From Eledone cirrhosa (lineage: Eukaryota): a stretch of 64,000 nucleotides of DNA. The translations under genes and the position numbers were made by a program. Under the pieces are notes generated by a model, which worked only from the letters and a program-made list of their open reading frames with translations, had not been told where the DNA came from and did no database searches. Location of the stretch: assembly GCA_964016885.1 (NCBI GenBank), contig OZ024746.1, positions 69,812,001 to 69,876,000 of the forward strand, read 5' to 3'. Below are positions 56,395-64,000 of the stretch, piece after piece (the stretch's first letter is position 1; each line of letters starts with the position of its first letter).

Positions 56395-59300
56395 TTATTC
56401 CTTGAATCTCAGTCATTGATGTTGGTTAACTGGAAAGTCCGTTGGATTGAATATCAAGCCACTACCTGCAGCCTCAGATATTCAGGACGTATCGGAGGGT
56501 TCTTGCCGTTCCAAGCAAGCATGCCTTTTGAAGCGTTCCAAAAAGCGTGAAGGGGCCGATTTTCTTTAACCATCCCTGGGAACCTTTGGAGATAGTCCCC
56601 AGTGCGCCTATGACAATCGGGATCACTTTGACTTCATGGCAGTTCCAAATCCTTTTCACCTCCCACTTTAGGTCCTGGTATCGGTTAATTTTCTCCCTCT
56701 CCTTCTCTTGCACTCTCGTGTCGAACGGGCAGGCCACATCCACAATCAGGCACGATCTTTTTTCTTTGTCCACAACCACCAGGTCAGGTCTATTGTGTTC
56801 CAGTTTTTTGTCCGTCTGTATCCTAAAATCCCACAGCACCTTCACCTGATTGTTCTCCATCACCGCCTCTGGCCTATGCTCATACCATTTCTCAGAATGT
56901 GGTAGATTGTTTACTTTGCACAGGTGCCAGTGGATCACCCTGCCCATCACATCGTGTCTCCAGCCCTTATAGTGGGTCTGGGCTAGGTGTTTACACTCGG
57001 ACACAATGTGAGCCACAGTCTCCTCTCTCTCTCCACAGATCCTGCACAGTGGGCTAGCCTCCTCCTTGTAGATATGGTGCTTCAACCACTTCGTTTTGAG
57101 GGCCTGCTCCTGCGCAGCCATTAGCATTCCTTCTGTAGCCTTTTTGAGGTCTCCTCTTCTCAACCAGTTCCATGTCTGTGGATCTCTAAATTCAGTTTTC
57201 TCAAAGAAGGTACTATGAAGGGATTTTCCCTTAAGGCTGCTCTTCCTCCTTGATGTTATTTCCTCCTTGGGTATCCCCTGGCCTACTGTCCCCTCCTTCA
57301 GTACAGCTCTGAGCATTGGCTCCTTACTATAGGTCACGTATTTGTATAGGTTGTTTTTCTCCATCTGAACACAGTCCTCTATGCTGATAAGACCTCTTCC
57401 ACCCTCAGATCTCCTTAGGTAGAGTCTATCGACATCACTCCTCTTGTGGAACATGTTGTAGATAGTCAATAGCTTCCTAGTCTTCCTATCCATTTCTTTT
57501 TGTTCAGCAACATTCCATCTCAGAATTCCCGCACTGTACCTAATAATAGACACAGCTCGGGAATTTACTGCGCTTATGGCATTTCTGCTGTTCAGATGTG
57601 ACTTCAATACGCTCCTTACTCTCCGAATGTATTCAGTTCTTAACAATTCCTTCATTTTTTTGTTCTTTATGCCATCAGCCTCCAGAACGCCCAAATACTT
57701 GTATCCTTCCTCAGAGTCAATTTCCTTTATCATCTCACCTGTTGGTATCTGGATCCCGTTACTTCTGCTCAACCTACCCCTCCTCATCACAATGACTCCA
57801 CATTTACCAATACCAAACTGCATACATATATCACTGCTGAAAATACGGACAGTGTCAACAAGCACATCCAACTCCTTCTCACTTTTCCCGAAGAGCTTAA
57901 GGTCGTCCATGAAGAGGAGGTGATTGATGGTAAGCTCTCCCCTTCCCAACTTGTATCCTGCTCTCACTTTTCGCAGCATAATGGTCAAGGGCATCAGGGC
58001 AAGGACAAACAACAGAGGGGACAGGCTATCTCCCTGGAAGATACCTCTCTTGATCTTCACGCTTCCCAAGGATACTCCAGTTGATGTCAACTCTGTCTCC
58101 CAGGACCCCATACTCCTGCCCAGCAACTGTCTGATGTTATCTGCCACCCTGAAGATCTCCAGGCTTTTGGTGATCCAGGAATGAGGCACCATGTCAAATG
58201 CCTTTCTGTAGTCTATCCATCCCATGGCAAGATCAGTGTGTCTCCTCCTGCAATTCCCCATTACCATCTTATCAATAAGCAACTGGTCCTTTGTACCACG
58301 TGACTTCTTTCGGCATCCTTTCTGTTCGTCCGGCAACAAGTTGTTTGTGTGGAGGTGATGGTAGATTTCCTCAGACACAATGCTCGTCAACAGTTTCCAC
58401 ATTACGGGCAGACATGTGATAGGTCTATAGTTGGTGACATCATTACCCTTGATTTGGTCTTTCATTATCAGAACTGTGGTACCTTTTGTCAACCACTCTG
58501 GCACCTCACCCGACACCAAGCAGTCATTGAACATGGCCGTCAGCTTCGGGTGGAGGGATGTTAAATGTTTAATCCAATACCCCTGCACACCATCTGGGCC
58601 TGGTGATTTCCAGTTGGTTAGTTTTTTGGCTTGCCCCTTAAGAGTTTCAACTGTGATACTCAAATCAGTCTGTTGCTGTGCCTGCTCACCGATCTCCCTC
58701 TGTACTGTCTCAATCCACCCTGCCTGGGCATTGTGTCTAACATCCTGCTCCCATATTCCTCTCCAGAATGTTTTAGCTTGTTCCGCCCCAGGGATCAAGT
58801 CGGTGCCTCTTTCTTTCCCCTCAAGCTGTCCAAACAGCATCTTCTGGTTGTTGTCGAACATGCGGTTCTGTTTATACTGACTGACTCTGTTCTCGTATCG
58901 CCTGATTTTGGCACTCTTTGCTACAATGCGTTGCTTCAATTCCTCTATGATAATATTTAGCTTTTTACTCCTAGTTTTGTATTTTATTTCCAGTCTATTT
59001 TTAGTGCCTATGTTTTTTAGTGTCCCATTCAGTAGTGACTCAAGCTTTCCTATGTCATTTCTCATTTCCCCGATTTGCCCACTCAGTCGCTTCTTCCACC
59101 ACGGCTCTGCTCTTTCTTGTCTGTTGTTTCCTCTCGCTTTTATACCAAGTAGTTTCCTCACCGTATTTGCTGTTGCTTTGAGGATATTGTTGCACTGGTG
59201 AAGACTCCTCGCCTCAAGGTATGGGATGACTTTGTTTACCTTAGCTGTTGTTTCTTTTAACTTTTTCCTGTCTACAAATCTTAGGTTCATAGGTCTCCCA

Positions 59301-59890
59301 CTATCATTGTTCAACTCATCTACCACTAAATTTAGGATGTCAACCGAATCTTGTCCTAGCCCGTCAGCATTCATCTCCTCAGTGGCCGTATCTCTGTTCC
59401 AGGTATTATTTATCTCAGTATTCAGATCATTGTCTGCTTCGGGTGGTTCCTTCGCTCTCAGGACCTCCTCACCTTCATTTCCCGCCGGCTCGCTTGTCTG
59501 GCATACTACACCCGCCATCTCCAAGCCATTCTCTCTGCTCAGTTCCTCCAGTTCCAGCTCGCTTATCCACCCATTAGTTCTTATTACCCGAGCCTGCCCG
59601 GCCAATTTTTGTTCATCTAATTTAAATAAACCAATCTCGTTCCAGATGTTATGCATCCGTCTCCTGTAGCCCCTCTCCTTGGGGTTACTTTTCAGGTAGC
59701 ATTGCATAACAGTTCTATTCAATTCTTTCGTCCAGTTGGTTCTGGCCCCTTTCCTTCTTCTTCTTCCTCCAACATCAGCAGTATTTCGTTGACAGTCAGG
59801 TTCCTGCTGCTGAGCCAGGGGGCACCTGTTGGGTGAGAGTCTGTCACATGACGTTCTAGTCTCCATTTCACGAGGTGACGGAGGTCATGA
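56395..59890 (-). mobile_element. Near full-length R4/Dong-clade non-LTR retrotransposon with (TAA)n at its 3' end
   Basis: Single intact ORF, about 75-nt 3' UTR running into (TAA)n, very short remaining 5' UTR. Confidence 0.9.
56474..59866 (-). CDS. R4/Dong-type polyprotein: RT + CCHC finger + restriction-like endonuclease, 1130 aa
   Basis: SPGPDG, YRPITCL, IDYRKAFD, GIFQGDSLSPLLF, LFMDDLKL, YKYLG; CRIC...H...C, RHD, PDLVV...D...EK...Y; no stops. Confidence 0.95.
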   Translation of the reverse strand: METRTSCDRLSPNRCPLAQQQEPDCQRNTADVGGRRRRKGARTNWTKELNRTVMQCYLKSNPKERGYRRRMHNIWNEIGLFKLDEQKLAGQARVIRTNGWISELELEELSRENGLEMAGVVCQTSEPAGNEGEEVLRAKEPPEADNDLNTEINNTWNRDTATEEMNADGLGQDSVDILNLVVDELNNDSGRPMNLRFVDRKKLKETTAKVNKVIPYLEARSLHQCNNILKATANTVRKLLGIKARGNNRQERAEPWWKKRLSGQIGEMRNDIGKLESLLNGTLKNIGTKNRLEIKYKTRSKKLNIIIEELKQRIVAKSAKIRRYENRVSQYKQNRMFDNNQKMLFGQLEGKERGTDLIPGAEQAKTFWRGIWEQDVRHNAQAGWIETVQREIGEQAQQQTDLSITVETLKGQAKKLTNWKSPGPDGVQGYWIKHLTSLHPKLTAMFNDCLVSGEVPEWLTKGTTVLIMKDQIKGNDVTNYRPITCLPVMWKLLTSIVSEEIYHHLHTNNLLPDEQKGCRKKSRGTKDQLLIDKMVMGNCRRRHTDLAMGWIDYRKAFDMVPHSWITKSLEIFRVADNIRQLLGRSMGSWETELTSTGVSLGSVKIKRGIFQGDSLSPLLFVLALMPLTIMLRKVRAGYKLGRGELTINHLLFMDDLKLFGKSEKELDVLVDTVRIFSSDICMQFGIGKCGVIVMRRGRLSRSNGIQIPTGEMIKEIDSEEGYKYLGVLEADGIKNKKMKELLRTEYIRRVRSVLKSHLNSRNAISAVNSRAVSIIRYSAGILRWNVAEQKEMDRKTRKLLTIYNMFHKRSDVDRLYLRRSEGGRGLISIEDCVQMEKNNLYKYVTYSKEPMLRAVLKEGTVGQGIPKEEITSRRKSSLKGKSLHSTFFEKTEFRDPQTWNWLRRGDLKKATEGMLMAAQEQALKTKWLKHHIYKEEASPLCRICGEREETVAHIVSECKHLAQTHYKGWRHDVMGRVIHWHLCKVNNLPHSEKWYEHRPEAVMENNQVKVLWDFRIQTDKKLEHNRPDLVVVDKEKRSCLIVDVACPFDTRVQEKEREKINRYQDLKWEVKRIWNCHEVKVIPIVIGALGTISKGSQGWLKKIGPFTLFGTLQKACLLGTARTLRYVLNI

Positions 59891-60840
59891 AATCGCTCCC
59901 GTAAGTTTTGAATTTTTAACATATTTAAATCATTTGTGAAATAACAACTCTTAGTACAAATGCTACGTAAAGCACCCGGCTTGAGCCCCAAAAAATTCGG
60001 ACCCAAAATATATGTTATAAGGCTCAAATATTCAAATGTTCAACTTTGTATTGTACACTGTATATCCAAAAAAAAAATGGCTATAAATGGAAGAAGAAGA
60101 ACCCCCCCCCCCCTCCTCTCCTCTGGCTACACTATATAGGACAGCTAAACTCACCAACACCAGAAACTAGATACACCGCCCACCCCATCATCTGTGTACA
60201 CTAAACACAACAGCATTTTCACCTTCACCGCCACCGCTCACTACGGCCATCATTGCCACCGCTGTCCCATCACCGCCGCCACCACCCCCTGACTCCTTCA
60301 CTGCTGCTGCCACCGCTACAGCACCATCACTACAGTAATACGGCTCAAATATTCAAATATTCAACTTTGTATTGTACACTGTATATCCAAAAAAAAAAAA
60401 AAAAAAAATAAATAAAATAAAATGGCTATAAATGGAAGAAGAAGAACCCCCCCCCCCTCCTCTCCTCTGGCTACACTATATAGGACAGCGAAACTCACCA
60501 ACACCAGAAACTAGATACACCACCCACCCCATCATCTGTGTACACTAAACACAACAGCATTTTCACCTTCACCGCCACCGCTCACTACGGCCATCATTGC
60601 CACCGCTGTCCCATCACCGCCGCCACCACCCCCTGACTCCTTCACTGCTGCTGCCACCGCTACAGCACCATCACTACAGTAATACGGTCGCATCACCGCC
60701 ACCGCTGCCTCGGTATCGACATCACCGCCACCACTGTCTCAGTATCGCCAACGCCGCTAGTCTCTGCTGGCTACCACTTCCACATTATAGAATTCCTACT
60801 ACTAACAAAGAGGAAGGCATCAAAATATATAGATAGACTC
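59891..60840 (-). repeat. Inverted copy of the 55710-56350 repeat with an internal ~320-bp tandem duplication
   Basis: 60021-60341 is repeated at 60342-60686. Confidence 0.75.
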
Positions 60841-61256
60841 AAAAGAAAAAAGAAAAAACAAACAACAAAAGCAGCACAGCAACAACAGTAAAAAACGAGA
60901 AAAACAGAGAAAAACAAAAACAAAAAAAGAAACCCCAAAAACGTAAAGAAAATAAGAATGAAGAGAGAAGCAGGCGGACGGACAGAGAAGAGGGGGGGAA
61001 AAGTAAAACTTAAAAAACAAAAACTAAGTCGGACATTCGAATACTACATTACAATGAAACTTATGCTTATTCATTTTTGGGGCCCTTTCTGCCCGTGTGT
61101 TTGTTTGTTTATGTGTGTCCGTATACAGCGTGGTGATAATGCCACACAAGGGCCAAGTGGGATGGCGGATCCACAGATGGCTATGTAAACATACATTCGC
61201 CAATCCTCGATAAGAGTGTTTAAATATCGAACATAAACAGTTCGAATAACGGTGAA

Positions 61257-61349
<93 letters not shown>

Positions 61350-61350
61350 T

Positions 61351-61537
61351 TTATTATTCCTTGAATCTCAGTCATTGATGTTGGTTAATTGGAAAGTCCG
61401 TTGGAATGAATATAAAGCCACTACCTGCACCCGCAGATATTCAGGACGTATCGGAGGGTTCTTGCTGTTCCCAGCAAGCATGCCTTTTGAAGCGTTCCAA
61501 AAAGCGTGAAGGGGCCGATTTTCTTTAACCATCCCTG
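61351..61537 (-). mobile_element. Short 3' fragment of the same Dong family
   Basis: Matches about 56395-56578 with several substitutions; flanked by (TAA)n. Confidence 0.85.
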
Positions 61538-61558
61538 ATTATTATTATTATTATTATT

Positions 61559-61997
61559 TGCATTTATCTTGCTTTATGTTCATACGAGTTATCACCAAGT
61601 CACAACCAGTGACCTCAAGAGACAACAAGGTCCGCCATGTTCAAGAAAGAACATACATATTCACACATGCATCCTTAGTGTTTAGACTTGTGATGTACTT
61701 ATATTGACAGGATCTTCCTTAGTATATGGGCAGTTCCCATTAGTACTATCTTTTGTATTTCTCCTATACGCGGGTTTCCTGGGATTTGCGATAAGTAGTC
61801 GTTAGACCCCTTAGGTATCATTCCCAGAGCGCCTACAACCACTGGTATTGTTTTAGTTCTCAATTTCCACATTTTTCCAATTTCTATCTCCAGGTCCTTA
61901 TACTTGCTCAATTTTTCAAATGTTTTTATAGATACATTCTTGTCTATTGGAACAGACATATCAATTAGCAGGCATACCCTCCTTTGAAAGTCCTTCA
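61559..61997 (-). mobile_element. 3' fragment of a second R4/Dong family
   Basis: LLIDMSVP...EKLSKYKDL...IPVVVGALG...IQKIVLMGTAHILRKIL; different 3' UTR; flanked by (TAA)n. Confidence 0.85.
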
Positions 61998-62019
61998 ATA
62001 TTATTATTATTATTGTTGT

Positions 62020-63012
62020 TATTCCTTGAATCTCAGTCATTGATGTTGGTTAACTGGAAAGTCCGTTGGATTGAATATCAAGCCACTACCTGCAGCCTCA
62101 GATATTCAGGACGTATCGGAGGGTTCTTGCTGTTCCAAGCAAGCATGCCTTTTGAAGCGTTCCAAAAAGCGTGAAGGGGCCGATTTTCTTTAACCATCCT
62201 TGGAAACTTTTGGAGATAGTCCCCAGTGCGCCTATGACAATCGGGATCACTTTGACTTCATGGCAGTTCCAAATCCTTTTCACCTCCCACTTTAGGTCCT
62301 GGTATCGGTTAATTTTCTCCCTCTCCTTCTCTTGCACTCTCGTGTCGAACGGGCAGGCCACATCCACAATCAGGCACGATCTTTTTTCTTTGTCCACAAC
62401 CACCAGGTCAGGTCTATTGTGTTCCAGTTTTTTGTCCGTCTGTATCCTAAAATCCCACAGCACCTTCACCTGATTGTTCTCCATCACCGCCTCTGGCCTA
62501 TGCTCATACCATTTCTCAGAATGTGGTAAATTGTTTACTTTGCACAGGTGCCAGTGGATCACCCTGCCCATCACATCGTGTCTCCAGCCCTTATAGTGGG
62601 TCTGGGCTAGGTGTTTACACTCGGACACAATGTGAGCCACAGTCTCCTCTCTCTCTCCACAGATCCTGCACAGTGGGCTAGCCTCCTCCTTGTAAATATG
62701 GTACTTCAACCACTTCGTTTTGAGGGCCTGCTCCTGCGCAGCCATTAGCATTCCTTCTGTAGCCTTTTTGAGGTCTCCTCTTCTCAACCAGTTCCATGTC
62801 TGTGGATCTCTAAATTCAGTTTTCTCAAAGAAGGTACTATGAAGGGATTTTCCCTTAAGGCTGCTCTTCCTCCTTGATGTTATTTCCTCCTTGGACATCC
62901 CCTGGCCTACTGTCCCCTCCTTCAGTACAGTTCTGAGCATTGGCTCCTTACTATAGGTCACGTATTTGTATAGGTTGTTTTTCTCCATCTGAACACAGTC
63001 CTCTATGCTGAT
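62020..63012 (-). mobile_element. 5'-truncated near-identical copy of the Dong element at 56395-59890
   Basis: 296-aa ORF almost identical to the C-terminus of the 1130-aa ORF; (TAA)n on both sides. Confidence 0.92.
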
Positions 63013-63013
63013 A

Positions 63014-63108
<95 letters not shown>

Positions 63109-64000
63109 TCTACATTACTTACATCAAACTAAAATATGTTGACAATCTTTTAATAATGTCTTCCTTGTGAAATTTGTGGTCTTGTTTTGCTTAACTAATG
63201 AATATATATACATATATATACATACAAATTTAAACGATATACCAAAAAATCTCTTTCATATATCTAGTTGAGAAACAACCAGTATCATGTACATATATAA
63301 TAATGGTTTCTTATATAGTCACAAGGCCAGCATTTTGGGGAAGGGGAAAGTCGATTAAATCGATATCAGTGCATTACTGTTACTTTATTTTTATCGACCC
63401 CGTAAGGATATAAGGCAAAGCTAACCTCGGTGGGATTTGATAATGACAATAATAATGATTTCTACTTTAGGCATAAGGCCAGCAATTTTGGGGGAGGGGG
63501 AAAGTCGATTAAATCGACCCTAGTGCACTACTGCTGCTTTATTTTATTGACCCCGTAAAGATGAAAGGCAAAGCTAATGTCGGTGGGATTTGATGATAAT
63601 AATAATTTCTTTATTAGCCACCTGGGCTGACATTTAGCAGACAATACAAAGGACAGAGACAATAGGGGTTTTACAAAAAAATCGAAGAAACAGTATAAAA
63701 CGCAACAACAATAAACAATATAATTATAACAATACAATACCCCAATTGGGAGGGGAGCGGGGTCATCCAGGGGCGACTCTTGAACGCCACCAATATGAAC
63801 CATCCGACGCTCCAAGAGCACCCGAACAGGGCGCTCCTCTCCTCTCCTCCCATCTCTGAATCAGTCACCCTACAGGCGCATGCTCTGAGTAGGCCCATTC
63901 ATACGGGCCATTCTCGCCACATTCACTCACCTGTTAGCAAATGTACTGGGGGGGGGGGGGCAGCACTACCCTTTCCACCTTCACCTCCCTTTCCGAGTGA

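Noticed and set aside
56547-59836. Multiple + strand ORFs of 60-150 aa
   Set aside because: Antisense shadows of the Dong ORF.

Overview
This is AT-rich, microsatellite-dense animal DNA, most likely a coleoid cephalopod such as Octopus. That assignment is inferred from the Nin/Deu-core tRNA SINEs, RTE-tailed SINEs and dense (TA)n/(CA)n tracts. Host genes: the last nine coding exons of NADPH-cytochrome P450 reductase (POR, + strand, 882-12346) and three intronless class A GPCRs (- strand, about 12 kb apart). Two of the GPCRs are near-identical and differ by three substitutions, all non-synonymous. Mobile DNA: an intact 1130-aa R4/Dong-type retrotransposon plus truncated copies in (TAA)n, RTE and CR1-like LINE fragments, Penelope-like (PLE) RT and GIY-YIG fragments, Helitrons, a Merlin fragment and SINEs. 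The main signal the ORF track misses is about 20 type I hammerhead ribozyme motifs from many unrelated sequence families, folded here by eye. They lie in PLE 3' ends, in non-coding 500-660 nt units with short terminal redundancy (retrozyme-like), and in fold-back palindromes whose inversion points often fall inside the ribozyme core or helix II. One intact minimal hammerhead sits on the sense strand about 350 nt after a GPCR stop codon. All folds and alignments were done manually and no activity is demonstrated.
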